Positions 1 to 13,948 are shown, numbered from the stretch's first letter. The stretch is DNA of 64,000 nt from Octopus sinensis (GCF_006345805.1 NC_042997.1:37200001-37264000); one strand, 5' to 3'. The notes: generated by a model not told the origin, from the sequence alone. Program-made: numbers and translations.

Positions 1-640
1 AGATATCACAATAGAAGACCTAAGAATGACACTCACGAAGGCTTATGAGTGGAAATCACCTGGTAATGATAGGTTGCCAAATGTCAGGCTTGCATCGTTC
101 CCGTAATTACACGAAAAGTTAGTTCGCTTAGTCAATGAAATTATAAGCGATCCTATAGAAACATCTAATTGGTTGCAAGAAGATTTACTTATTCTTGAAC
201 AATAATGAAACCAATTTTCTCCAAAGCTATCGGCCCATAACATGTCTATCCCCAAAGTATAAAATTTTAAAATCTGTTCTCGTGGAGAAAACATACAAAT
301 TTATTGAACAGAACGATATTTTCCTCACTGAACAAAAAGGGTGCCGACGAGGTTCACATGGATGCAAAGAGCAACTTTTAATCAATCGCATGATCGTTGA
401 GAACTGACATAACAAACGCAGAGATCTCAGTTACACATCGATTGTGTATTAAAAAAAGGCATTTGACAGCATACTGCATTCAATGATCTTCGAACGAGAG
501 TGTGGCAAACATTGCGACAGAATGGCCCAACATGACATGGGTAGAATATAAGATATGGAGGCACGGCCATGTTGTAGAGGTTTTACACATGAAACTGTGC
601 CAGAAATAGAGATGATATGCTTGTGGGATTCGAAAGCACA
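1..640 (+). mobile_element. Decayed, internally deleted R4/Dong-like non-LTR retrotransposon (RT fragment joined to the CCHC/RLE-proximal region)
   Basis: Translation gives YRPITCL...EQKGCRRGSHGCKEQLLIN...KKAFDS (RT motifs typical of the R4 clade). It then jumps at about 495 to VANIATEWP...EYKIWRHGHV..VLHMKLC, resembling the zinc-knuckle/RHD region before the RLE. Stops and frameshifts are present, and the window edge truncates it. Confidence 0.75.
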
Positions 641-996
641 TCCCTTTCCTAACTCGACTATAACTGTTATCATTACACAGGCAAATTAAGCTACCTATTT
701 TGGCTCAAAATCAATAATTATATTAGATTGTAGTTGTTTTATAAACAATATTTCTATGTTTTCGGTGTGAATGGTTTTGTTATACGGCGCTGGGATTTAC
801 AATCATTTACAATCATGTAAATATTAATAATGGTATTTATATAAGCCTAAAGCGTAAAGTGATAAACGTGCAGTGACTAAGAAGAATAGTCTAATAATGG
901 GTCATAGAAACCTTTCACAGAAAGAAGTAAGCTTTGCTATCCGTGTGGGACTCGAGCCCACATCTCTTTGTCAACGCGCCAAAGTGTTTTATATAC

Positions 997-1106
<110 letters not shown>

Positions 1107-1542
1107 GTATATGACACACCAGAATGAATATCCCCTTCAATCTAGCAAAAAGGATATGTACTATATTTTCTAATGTAAACACCAGAGATACACGACTACA
1201 AGAACTAAAATATATCCTCATCACCAGGAACTGCCCACCTTCACTTATTGACATATGCATTCAATGTGCCCTTCAACTCAGCATCCAGGAACTCAGACAT
1301 TCCAAATTAAAGAAAAATTTACGAACAAAAGCCTTACCATACATCTCCACACACAACCCTCTCAAAATGAAGACTTCGATACCATCCTCCAAAACATACC
1401 CCTGCTAAAAAAAAGACCACAGAATGAACACAATCATCCAAACACACACGATCATAAAAAGAAAGAGACAGCCTAAATCTATGAAAAGTCTCCTAACACA
1501 AGCCCGAATACGCTCATCAACACAGAAGCCGACAGTAAAAAA

Positions 1543-1971
1543 ATGTGGAAGACCCAATTGCGGATATGCGATTATCTAATTGCGGGATCAGAGTTCTCCT
1601 TCAAACAGGGACAACGGTTTAGAGTGAAAAGCAACTTCACTTGTGCTTCGGAGAACTTCATATACACGCCAACCTGCTCTGGGTGTCAAGAGCAATACAT
1701 AGGCCAAACAAAAAATAATTGGCGTGAAAGAATGGCCCTGCACAGATCCCAGATAAAAATTCCCCAAAACAGAAAAATAGCATTCATCCAACATATAGAT
1801 ATTTGCGCCAACAACAAAATACCAAGCTTCAGGATTTTCCCCCTCTACCGATTCAGGGACGATACAACCGCGAGCCAACGAATAAGTAAAGAAACTCTCT
1901 TTATTACAAAATACAGGCCCCTTCTGAACGGGTCTACGGCACACGATATATCCACCTCGGCTTTAGAATAA
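1543..1971 (+). pseudogene. GIY-YIG endonuclease domain of the Penelope-like element (frameshifted from the upstream RT)
   Basis: IY...CSGC...YIGQT motif, conserved R..H and a C-terminal E.LFI..Y.P.LN motif. Confidence 0.85.
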
Positions 1972-2099
1972 CACAAATCCACACGCAAATATTACGTTCC
2001 TAAGAATCCATTAAAAATCAGCCCCAATCACAGCTATAACCCATAACGTGCCAACTTTAAGCCATACACCTCACTACTTCCATTCATTCATATTCTCCC

Positions 2100-2274
2100 T
2101 TCTCTTTCTTCTTCTTCTTCTTCTTCTTCTTCTTCTCTTCTTCTTCTTCTTCTTCTTCTTATTATTATTATTATTATTATTATTATATTATTATTATTCT
2201 TGTTATTCTTATTCTTATTCTTCATCATCATCATCATCATCATCATCTTCTTCTTCTTCTTCTTCTTCTTCTTC

Positions 2275-2305
<31 letters not shown>

Positions 2306-2310
2306 CCCCT
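2100..2310. repeat. Compound trinucleotide microsatellite (CTT)n/(TTA)n/(TCA)n
   Basis: Directly visible; lies within the PLE 3' region. Confidence 0.95.
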
Positions 2311-2653
2311 TCTACTTCCTAACTTTATCATTAATGCTTTTTAGTATAACACCTACGCAAATTCTATAAACAAATCTTTCAATAGAAATATTCTCATGAA
2401 TTGAACAGCAACTGCTAGCCGCCACTGACCACTCAAAATACGACAATCAAGGCACTCCCAAATTCTCCCCCCTCCTTCTCCTCTTCCATCTTCTTCTTCT
2501 TCCCTACCATGAATTCACAACGACCTCGAACAAGGGTAAACAAGGGAGGCAGAGAAATGCAGAAACAAGGAAAATGCCGCTTATATATGAACACTATACA
2601 AATATTCTTTTAAAAAACTTTTCTTTTAAATTTTCTAAATATGATTATTTAAT

Positions 2654-2700
2654 CGTTACAGTTGAAAAGGTCTCAAATGGGTGAAACCGGTACTGAAACG
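2654..2700 (+). ncRNA. Minimal type-I hammerhead ribozyme-like motif, U3-A8 core variant, weak stem II
   Basis: CGTTACAG-TTGAAAA-ggtctcaaatgggt-GAAA-CCGGT-A-CTGAAACG: stem I 7/8 bp, palindromic helix III ACCGGT, GUA cleavage triplet. Stem II is poorly paired. Confidence 0.55.
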
Positions 2701-2744
2701 TTCTTTACAAAATTATTTTAGCATTTTCTATCTTGACTTGTTTT

Positions 2745-3342
<598 letters not shown>

Positions 3343-3957
3343 TATAATATTATATGATTCGACGCCACGTATTCTCTTACAAGCAAGTTTTAATATTTCT
3401 GATGCGCACTCAACACGATCATTTTACTTTCGTTTTTTATCTTTTTCTCTCTCTTATTATATTACCTTCTCTTCTCTCATCTTTTCTATCCTGCTACTCT
3501 GTCACTATCTCCTTCTCCTTTGCTCACATGGCTCCCACGTGACCATCGGCCATCTTTTTTTCTCTGCTGTAGTTGGAACAAGGAAGACGTGTTTTGTTTG
3601 TCTCCTGTCCTAGCTTGATTTACCCGTTGACCACCACAACCTCGTATAGGATTAGCAGCCCTTCCTGTTTGTTTTCACTGTCCTGTTTCTGTTACCTGTT
3701 TTAAACCTCCGCAAAATCCTAAATTCTATTTAATTTGCTTTGCGTGAGCAACTGTTTTGTCGAAAGCGTATATTGTTGTTAAATGTTCGACATACGAGTC
3801 TAGAAAAACAGTCAACAACTGATGAATGGTTGTTCCTTATTCTGTTTGCTTTGTTTTTCATTTGTGTCTCATTGTTCGAAAGAATAATTCAAGTTCCATC
3901 TACTCGTGCTTCGTACTTCTTTGTTGTACATCTTTCATGTCGTTCTGTGCCCATATA

Positions 3958-4012
<55 letters not shown>

Positions 4013-4043
4013 ATTGATGTAAGTATGTATACGTATGTATATA

Positions 4044-4087
<44 letters not shown>

Positions 4088-4166
4088 AATTGAGATAGGG
4101 GTTGTAAATGCAACCCACCATGGGATACCATATAGCCAATATACTGCTAGTATATATATAATTTTG

Positions 4167-4220
<54 letters not shown>

Positions 4221-5134
4221 TGTTTCGACACACACTTCCCAAAAAACGTGCATTGTTTACATCAGAAGTAGAACACCGAAAGAAATTCACATAACACAAA
4301 ATTGCAACAGAAATATTTATTGTCTATATATACTAATTTGATTGAGAAAACAGAGGGGTCTAAAATTGTAATCTTTCTTCATAAGCAGGCAATCTCTGTA
4401 ATGAGCATTCAATCATTCATTTTGAAAACTTGCAGAAAAATGCTAGGTTACTCTCATTAATAGCGACTAGCATTTAGTATGCGAGAATCGCATACCAGAG
4501 AAACTGCTTTCTGTCAAATAAATGAAATCCACTGTGTTTATTTATCACAGAAAATATGCTTTGAAATTTGGTACGTAAACACAGGAGTATATAGTGTGGT
4601 ATGATTTTACACGTTTTTATGCAAATATACATGCACCTGTATTCATATACGCACACACATAGACATACCAAAAATTACTTAAATAAAAGACGCCAATAAA
4701 TTTAAATATCGAGCTTGAATGATATAATATCAAATAGTGCACATGATACATCATTGACTTATTGCAATTATCTTCGATTCTACAGAAAGTAAACAATATC
4801 CTAATGGCAATTGCAATCATTTCTGATTCTAAGAGAGAGGTATTCTAGAGAATTAGAATTGTCCTAGATTGATATGCCATTTCGAAAAGGCATTTTGAAT
4901 GCAATACTTGTAGACAGGTGGATAGGTTTCAAATACTGTATCTTCTGATTTTCTCTAAAAATGCATAATCAAAATAACGGTTTTCAAAACAACAAGGCAT
5001 AATTTATGGCATGGTATATTTCATATAAACTGTATATACGAGATGGTATTAAAATATCTTCCCCGACTGGTTATGTTTAATACAAAATAACTTATTTACC
5101 TAAGTTTTAAAATTATTTCCTTTGAAATACTCAC

Positions 5135-5197
5135 CTTGCGCAGCAATACACCGGTACTAGCTTTGCTTCTACTTTTGGAATCCGGTCTGGAAGTCAT
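5135..5197 (-). CDS. Probable first coding exon of an unidentified host gene: MTSRPDSKSRSKASTGVLLRK, phase-0 donor
   Basis: aaaATGa start context at 5197, in-frame TAG 9 nt upstream, 21 codons ending AAG|GTGAGT (consensus donor at 5134-5129), in non-repetitive and relatively GC/CpG-rich sequence. No downstream exon was found in the window. Confidence 0.55.
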
Positions 5198-5900
5198 TTT
5201 TCGCTAGCATGTCGAGGGTACTTCTGTGATTCGCTTTAGATATCAACAACGTTGTTAAAACGTCTACCTTTTAACTGCGTTTTCACCTCGGGGAAGAGAT
5301 GGAAGTCCACAAGTGCACCATTTGGTGAATAGAGCGGGTGCAGTAGCGATACCATGTTTGTAGCGGGAAGATCACGAGTGAGGATAGGTCGGTGAAGAAT
5401 CCAATTCTCTTAGTGCTCTAAAAATCCGCTTTCAGCAAACATCCTATCTCAAACGCTTCAAAACGTCGCAAGAGAACTCTCGTTTGACAGCCTATCCCTG
5501 GTGAGCGAATACACGATTCACAATACCACATTTCCGGGGATGGCGCTTCTGGCAGGTCTTCCAAATCGGCCACGTATTCCAGGAACCTTCTTCCGTTTTT
5601 GAAGCGCCCTTGCCACCCGAAATATTGCTACCGCCCATTGCTTCGTCGCCGTAAGTATTCAGAAGAATGCTCAATGTCTTGTAGCAGACTTGTCAAGTTC
5701 AGCGCAAAACTTCACGTTCGCTCTTCGTTCCAACTTCCTGTCCATGACAAAAATCACAAACTGCAGCATGTTCGTGATCCCAAAATCACAAACTTTATAA
5801 CTTGCGAAGTAAACAAAGGAATTTCCCAAGGCTCAGTACCTCATGGAGCTCACTGCTAGCTCTCATCACACATGCAACCGTGTAATGCCATTCTGTTTGC
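5198..5900 (-). promoter_or_regulatory. Putative 5' UTR/promoter region of the minus-strand gene (CpG-richer unique island with uORFs)
   Basis: Visibly higher GC and CpG than the flanks and no simple repeats. Contains an out-of-frame overlapping uORF (ATG 5210, MLAKNDFQTGFQK*) and a 60-aa ORF at 5492-5674 (-). Confidence 0.4.
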
Positions 5901-5920
5901 GCGTTTCTGATACCGTCTTG

Positions 5921-5952
<32 letters not shown>

Positions 5953-7039
5953 TGGCAAACTTATCTTATTTCAAAATACATATTTTCAGCTGTTAACAGA
6001 ACACAGTTTCCTGTCACTATATATGCATGGCGTTACTGAAAAAATTTTCTATGTCAACATGCAGACCATATTTTAAGATCATACCTATGCAAATATTTAG
6101 TCGGTAGAAAATATATATGTGTCATAATTATAAAACAGGTTTAAATTCTACAATATCAGATTTGTTGTTATAAGACATTCTAGATTTTATAATTACTTAA
6201 TGCATAAATTAAATGGCAGTATTATAAGATATTTTATTCGAGCTTTGTCAGCGTGTTTCAAAGAAATTAACAATGGTCATTCATTTAAAACAGATGTTCT
6301 TTCACAGTGTTATGCAAATCATTTAATCACGCTGGTTATGTTTTTTTTTTCACACGATGCAGGTTAAGTAAGTTTCCCTTAATTTCCGTGTGAAATTTAC
6401 TTCGTCTCTCAATCATATTATTACACTTTATATTTGTCCATCATATATATACTTTTGTGTTCACACACGTGTTTGTATCACTCGATTCATTTGGAAATTA
6501 TGAATGAAATTTCTGCTTGTTTTGAAGAAAAACATTTCGTTAGTAATTCACGTAATTCACTTCTTATTTTCATAGCGAGTAAATTTGTTATACGATTACA
6601 TGGGAATATAATTTTTGCGTGAATTAGTTTCTGTATATATATATCAATATATGTCTATCGATAAAAAAGATATAACGAAGAAAAGAATATAGAAAGAAAC
6701 TCTTTTGATAAATGTTTAACATATCTGCGTCAGGCATTAGAATTTGTACCTACAGATTTACTACATGGCCAGTGAAATAAAGTGCACCATCAACCATGAC
6801 TAAATGTTGATATATGAATGTATATACCTAATGAGTTGTAGCGATATAGCGGCAGTTAGGTCAGCGAATACGGTTCGAAGTCCTACGACAGCTATATGAT
6901 CGCAAGAGACTTACGGATGCTAAATGTCTCAGATAGTAAAGGGCTCATAAACGGAGTTTACCACACACAGCTAACAGATCAGAAATGTTCCTGGGCGACA
7001 TAAAAAGAATGCGCTACATGTGTGTGTGTATCTACCTAT

Positions 7040-7392
7040 AATAATAATATAATAATAATGAAATTATTGTTTACAGTGCTCAGGTGCACCACAACTTGTC
7101 AGAAAGTGCATATAAAGTACATGCAGTAATGTACAAATGTCTGGAAAGCAAACAATGCATGAGTCAGATACATGCTTGTGTGTGTATGGAGGGGAGAAAA
7201 TCAGGTGTAGTGTTGGCGAATCTCAGAAAGCATGGAAGTTTTGAAGGATGCAGTGCTCCGACAACTAACAACTGATGCCGGCAGTTTGTTCCATGCTTCA
7301 GCAACTCTCAGCGTGAAAAAATGTTTCGTGAAGTCATGGGAGCTGTGCTGTTTCTGACTTTGTAAATATGTCCACGGGTGTTAGATGGGTGG
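7040..7392 (-). mobile_element. CR1-type LINE 3' end
   Basis: Minus strand reads PSNTRGHIYKVRKQHSSHDFTKHFFTLRVAEAWNKLPASVV (classic CR1 C-terminus), then a 3' UTR and (ATT)n tail. Confidence 0.85.
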
Positions 7393-7448
7393 AGTTATCC
7401 ATCTATCTATGTTTATATATGTGTGTGAGTGTGTGTACATACATACGT

Positions 7449-7488
<40 letters not shown>

Positions 7489-7615
7489 GTATACAGACAT
7501 ACATATTTACATATATATGTATATATTATAATATTATTATCATTAGTTGATTCGGCTCTATGCAACTTAGAGTTTCGCAATCTTCTAACAGAAATCTGGC
7601 TCGCTCTTTCGTATT

Positions 7616-7669
<54 letters not shown>

Positions 7670-8258
7670 AAGTATATTAGGAGTGAAGTAATTCGTACAT
7701 ATATTCTGATCTATATAATATACATAATTGCGATAAACACACGGATGAAAAATACCAATTTTTGCCTAATGTTTGATCAATGCGCAAATATATTCTCTAG
7801 CAACATGATTAGGATGCCACTCGATACAGCAGTGAGTAATATGCTTAAACGTTCTTAACGCATAGATATTTTATGGCAATTATTGCGATGTAGACAAATT
7901 GTAATGTAATGGGCGGACAATTTCATCGGTGTTGAAATCATAATGCTGCTTTGATTATTCTGTAAGTATGTTTTAAATGTTGTATTTACAATACACTTGA
8001 AGCAGAAATGTGTTTCCACAAGAGGCATAATCCCTTACAAGGTTATACAAGCGTATATGAATATGTACAAGTATGCATGGAATTTCAACAATACATCCAC
8101 GTTAAGTAAGGTTATAAGGATTGCAATCCAGTACGACAACATACACGCACGCACATACACACACAAACATACATACACACATATATCGCTATATAAATAC
8201 AAATATATGCATATATATATATATACATATAAATATATATACACTCACAGACACACAG

Positions 8259-8323
<65 letters not shown>

Positions 8324-8502
8324 ATATATATATATATATAAGTTCAGCAACAATTTAGATTCAAATGAATATGGTACTTAATTTAGATGCACCGGAATTA
8401 TTTATGGTGTTACCCATAAAAATATGCGGGGTGATTATAATCAAAAAATAATAAGCAACAAGAATGAATCCGGTAATTTAGTACAATTGTTTCATACTAC
8501 AG

Positions 8503-8575
<73 letters not shown>

Positions 8576-10614
8576 ATATATACATATGGAAAGAAAGAGA
8601 GAGAGTTAGATTGCAAGATCGATACATTCATAGATATCGCTAGGTATGCTTCGTTATATTTCAGCCTTATGACTCAGAATGCACACACATACACATTCAC
8701 CCAAAGACTACACGTATATAGCTAACTATGTATGCCATATAACATCGGAATGAAAAGAAAACAAACAGTCTGTAATTGCTAGATTGTGTAGATAGTATTA
8801 ATTCAAATTATTGCCAAACATAAGAGAGTTCATGTAAGAAGAAATGTTTACTAATCAATAATTTGAACTTCATCTGTGAATGATTTGGAGCGTTGCCCGA
8901 ATAAATCATTGCTACTTGAGATTGACTGAATTTGTAACTAATATTTAGTAGTAATGTGAAGGCTCGAGAGCGGGAAGAAAACGTTTGGGGAAGCAGACTG
9001 ACGTTGCTACTGTATTTCCGCAAATTTCAGTTAAGCTATTTCAACTATTGTCATTTCAATTAAAAATGTGTGTGAAAGAAATGCCATCGCATTTTGACTT
9101 CATGCCGTTCTTAAATGCGTCGATTGATCTGAAGAACATAGCTGCTAAATCTACGAATATAGTTCTTTTCTTGGAATAGAGGAAATGCATTGTATACCCT
9201 AGCTTTAGTCACATAATGCCTGAGAGTGGAACGGCTAATTCTTTCATTATCAGTGAGATGGTAGCTCCCTTGCGATATTTGTTCTCTTCAACCACTGCAG
9301 AGGATACGTTTTCTGAACCTCTTATCCGGAGGAATAGAGTGATAGGGTATTACTAGAGTTCTGGAGAGCTTTATCAGGATATTTGTATCGGCACTTATCG
9401 TTAAAACATCGCTAAAATTGATGGTGTATTTTAGGTTTTAGCAGAGTTCACTTTTTTTTCTTTTAAGTCCTTGGGCCAGATCTCCGGCTCCAGAATAACA
9501 GTCATCCCACTATTTGTAAGCGGGATGAAAAAATGTCGTCATGCTAATTAACAAAACCCGTTACAGGACGTTGTCATATTGTTAGATTTTATGAATCCGC
9601 ATCAGTTTCATTAGGATTGTAGGAACGACATTTGAGACATATTTAGAGGATAATCTGAGTGCTTCCACTGATTAGAACCGATAAACGTGTTCTGCACTTT
9701 CCAGTAATATTTGCCCAGACAGCAATCATTATTATAACATATGCATGCGTTAATCACTTAAACATATTACTCAGTAGTGTAAGGAGTGGCATGCTAATCA
9801 AATTGCTATAGAATATATTTACACGCTGATCAAATATTAGACAAAAATTCATGTTATTCATCAGTGTATTTATCATTTTTTTTTTGTACATTATATTACA
9901 TTGTCCGGATTATATATACGAATTAGGTCAATATTTATTAACATCTAAACCTAGAACTCAACCCCGTGTTTGCACTTTAAACGATTATTCTTGCTTAGCG
10001 TTTTGCTATATAATGATTATCAAATGTTTGTAATATTAATAAAAATGATGTGTGTATTTGCGCATGGATTTATATCCACTTTTCGATATTAGACAGTTTC
10101 AACTAAATTTCTAATTGAAAAGTTTGTTGTAATCAAGACAATTTGTCGCTGATCGAAATATCTAATATTAGATTTGATATCAGCAAAGTACTAATATTAC
10201 TGACTAGCCTTGGGATAATGCTGCAGAGAAATTAAAATATTATAATATTCAGACAATTACTATAAACCGTGCCAAATGAAGGGACACGCGACAACTACTA
10301 CATTGTACAAAAAGCGATATTCTGTCAAATCTTAATTCCTACCTACTGAGATGGAAATATGTTCGTTGTCAAAGTTATACAGTTACACAGTGAGAGTTGG
10401 CAACATTTTAGCAATATTATAGTTTCAGAATATTTCAAAGTATTTTCCTGTATTTCAGTGTTTAATCCTCGCTTGGAGAGGCACGTCTCTAAAATCAATT
10501 AGACTTGATAGAAATTCATAAATACGTTAAATGTAGAAACAACAAGCTATTAACTCTGAGTATGTCATTTGAGTCATAAAATTCCTTGTCGGTAATTAAC
10601 TATATATAGAGAGA

Positions 10615-11250
10615 GTAGTTAGTTCTAAAATCTGTGTAGGAGATGCAAGTACTACTTCTACTGAAAAGTAATGTTTGTTGCTCCTTCAACATGACTGTTC
10701 CATATGGAACGTCGGTTATACTTTTTTTAAACTCAGCAAAACATCTCCAGCTGATAAACGACACAAACAGCGTCCGATATATCGCCAGCAAGGGAGCAAT
10801 TCTCTACCATCTTCTAGCGATTTGACAGGACTAGTAGACCAGTCTGGTTTCGTGCTGCACACAGCCATGCTGGAGTGGCAACAACGGTTAGTTTTTTGTA
10901 TAGTTAGTACTTCCATCACTTATAGAGATTTTAGAACCAGCTATTTTGCTTGCTGCAGAATCAGCGACTGACTATCACTTATTTTCCTATACATTGCGAG
11001 ACAGAGCAAACGACTGCCATCTGTAGCGGACAGTTGTCCTCTACTGAGGATTAGCAAAAAATAGACCGAAACAAGGCTTGTCTAGTGCTCCTGTCAAACC
11101 GCTAGAAGGGTTTCGTCCCTGATTGTAATATACCCGACACTGTTTGTGTCGTTAACCAGCTGGAGATGTTCCACTGGAGTTAAAAATAGTAGTAGCTTGG
11201 TTTTGTACGGAAGAGCCATGTTGAAATGCCAACAAATATTACTTTTAGTG
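10615..11250. repeat. Old interleaved inverted repeats (about 190-bp arms 10660-10850 / 11065-11250; about 40-bp arms 10617-10655 / 10905-10942)
   Basis: Reverse-complement matches seen by eye, e.g. aacatctccagctgataaacgacacaaacag vs ctgtttgtgtcgttaaccagctggagatgtt; roughly 70-75% identity (estimate). Confidence 0.75.
11041..11085 (+). ncRNA. Hammerhead-like motif with canonical core, degenerate stem II
   Basis: CTA-CTGAGGA-(17 nt)-GAAA-CAAG-G-CTTG-T-C-TAG: GUC triplet, helix III 5 bp, stem I 3 bp. Confidence 0.5.
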
Positions 11251-12229
11251 TTGTGTTCATAAACACTCGATTACTTTTATCCAAATAGGGCGCACACATG
11301 TAAGCATGCACGCAAACTGGTGTGATCTTGTGTGCTTGTGAATGTGAATGTATGTCCCTTCATATATTCGAGCTCCCCTTGAATTTGATGATGAACAACA
11401 CACCCAGCCGGACTTTACAGGCAATAAATTTGTGTTATAACATACACCATAGAGCATAACATGCACATACACCATAGGACACCAGCTGAGAGCCAACCTG
11501 CGGCTGTAAATCCAAGGTAATGATCAGCATTAGTTGCATGAACTTTTCGAGAGAGTCGAAACTTATATCTAACTTATGATACTGTTGACACAAAACGGCG
11601 ATATCATCCCTCTAATCACTTGAAGAACTGAAAAAATGCTTAGCCTTTCGAAGGTCCGGAAATACCATGAGAATCATTAAGGGCAATAAGAACATCAAGC
11701 GTAAGGTGGTCAACGCGTAAAGCAAGCCAATGACGGGGTACAAGAAGGAAGCGTGGATATTACACTATATCAAGATAGACGCAATATCAGTCAGAGATTG
11801 CACTATGAAATATATAATGCTCGCATCATGCTATGTTATCGAATGAGAAATCAAGATCCGGCAAAGGGACAATTCCATGACTTTGTGATAGCCATTACGA
11901 ACAAGTGAGAGTGACGTCATTTTTGCAATTTTAAAATAAAAGAAGTGGACAATACCAACAATAGAAGCCAAGCGAATGTGAATGGAATATTATATATGTA
12001 TGTGTACACGCCCATGTGCCTATTTCGGTGAGTATATATATATATATATATATAATAATAAATATTAGGGAATGAATCCAAAATTACAGGGAAAAATCAG
12101 ATTTAGGGTTAAATCCAATTTTATAGTAAAGTATTATATAATATAATTCGAGACAAAACCACTATTTTAAAACCAAACAAGGAAAGACATAATCAATACA
12201 TAAAATTTTAATATAAATTAAATAAACCG

Positions 12230-12273
12230 CCACTACAAATGTTTCATGTCTGCTACCGACAATCTTCAGGTGG
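12230..12273 (-). ncRNA. Minimal type-I hammerhead ribozyme motif (left arm, identical to the right-arm motif)
   Basis: Exact reverse complement of 12447-12490. Confidence 0.7.
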
Positions 12274-12446
12274 ATTTTCGATCTAAAATATCAATATATC
12301 AATATCAATAGATTATATATTGATTATATATAGATTATATATAGATTATATTTTTATTTTTATATTCTTTCATTGATAATTTTATTATTTTATTATTTTA
12401 AATTTTTAATTATATTTTAAAATATTGATATTTTTAGATCGAAATT

Positions 12447-12490
12447 CCACCTGAAGATTGTCGGTAGCAGACATGAAACATTTGTAGTGG
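12447..12490 (+). ncRNA. Minimal type-I hammerhead ribozyme motif (right arm)
   Basis: CCAC-CTGAAGA-t-TGTC-ggtagca-GACA-t-GAAA-CA-TT-TG-T-A-GTGG: stems I, II and III all pair, GUA triplet, U.U at 10.1/11.1. Confidence 0.7.
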
Positions 12491-12616
12491 CGGTTTATTA
12501 ATTTATATTAAAATTTTATGTATTGATGAAGTCTTTCCTTGTTTGGTTTTAAAATAGTGGTTTTGTCTCGAATTATATTATATAATATATATATATATTA
12601 TATATATATATAATAT

Positions 12617-12671
<55 letters not shown>

Positions 12672-13107
12672 ATATACGTGTGTGTTGTGTGTGTGTGGGT
12701 GTTGTGTGTGTGTTTGTATGTGTGTGTTTTTGTGTGCGTGTGTGTGTGTGTATAGATTTATGTTAGCCTATAACCTAGGATATCCCAGAAACAGTTATAA
12801 GACTTCAAATTCACCTTACCCTAATTAAATATTCTAAATGCGTTGAGATACTCGTCCCGCTTTGGTTTCCTTTCTCTCTAATATAACATATACCTAAAAC
12901 TCGAAAACCTAATACGATCCCTATCTCAAGTCTCAGCTGTGAACTTGGAACCTAACGGATGACCAATTATAGCACTTTCTCAGCGTACCTATACGTTTAG
13001 ATAACCACTGAACTAAAACCCTCATATTCTCTCTCTCTTTCTCTGTCTGTCTGTCTCTCTCTCTCTTTCCATATATATATATATATATATATATATTATT
13101 TGTATTA

Positions 13108-13623
13108 CCGTAAATCCTCGAGTATAGTCCGCCCTTGAGTAAAATATGCAGGGGATTTTTAGGGAGCTGTAATTCTGGAAAGCCCAAGCCTTGTGTATGA
13201 TACGCATCCCTTCTCTTACTTGATTCAAGGTCTATATAACGTCATTGGTTTGTAAAAATGTATATGGTAACGTCCTTTATTATTATTGTACATATAACAT
13301 AATGCAAACGTGTCAGCGATTTTGTGCATTTTGTTTGCAGAAAATAAAGAAATAACAGTAATAGCAGTAATAACGTTTAATAAATTATGCTTACTGCAAG
13401 ATATGGATGATTATTTTATGACTTCATTGCTTTTAGGCTTAGCCTAAGGTATTTTTGCGCCCGACTTCATAAAATGCGTCTAAATTAACATTGCCGGACA
13501 GCAAATAGAGACTCGGATATTGCTTAGAAAATAATTTTCCTTTTTAACCTCGTATATAGTAAGCACTAGGGATTTTGACCTTTAAATTTTGGGGGAATGC
13601 GGATTATACTCGAGGATTTACGG
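13108..13623. mobile_element. Non-autonomous pogo/Tc2-like DNA transposon (MITE)
   Basis: 25-bp TIRs CCGTAAATCCTCGAGTATA(G/A)TCCGC (24/25). Left flank TA, right flank CA (mutated TA TSD). No ORF. Confidence 0.8.
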
Positions 13624-13800
13624 CATATGTATACACATGTGGGTGTTGTGTGTGTGAATATCATATAATTATATGCAGTATATATATGTACATATATATA
13701 TATATGGGTACGATTGTTATTTAAATATCGAAATTATCAAGTGGCACGCATGGGAATAAAAACCTTCAAAGGTAATAATAATTATTAAAATTATAATTTA

Positions 13801-13948
13801 GGCTATCTAAGAGATACCACCACTCTTGAAATAGCAGCCAAAATTTGACTCGAAAACCACACTAAAATTTCATACAGGAACATTTATTTTGGTTTTACAT
13901 GCAAAGTTTGGCTGCTATTTCAAGCGTGGTTGTATCTCTTACATACCC
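13801..13948. mobile_element. About 150-bp MITE with about 43-bp imperfect TIRs and TA flanks
   Basis: ggctatctaagagataccaccactcttgaaatagcagccaaa vs tttggctgctatttcaagcgtggttgtatctcttacataccc; TA on both sides. Confidence 0.65.

Larger units (their letters stand above)
12132..12587. repeat. Fold-back inverted repeat (about 165-bp arms 12132-12296 / 12422-12587, AT-rich spacer), PLE pLTR-like
   Basis: Near-perfect reverse complement (ccactacaaatgtttcatgtctgctaccgacaatcttcaggtgg vs ccacctgaagattgtcggtagcagacatgaaacatttgtagtgg); (TA)n on both sides. Confidence 0.9.

Noticed and set aside
5599-5859. 86-aa plus-strand ORF
   Set aside because: No domain, weak start context, and it overlaps the presumed minus-strand 5' region; probably incidental.
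6835-6895. tRNA-like A/B boxes (also at about 930-975 on the minus strand)
   Set aside because: No cloverleaf can be formed; these are probably decayed SINE heads, not tRNA genes.
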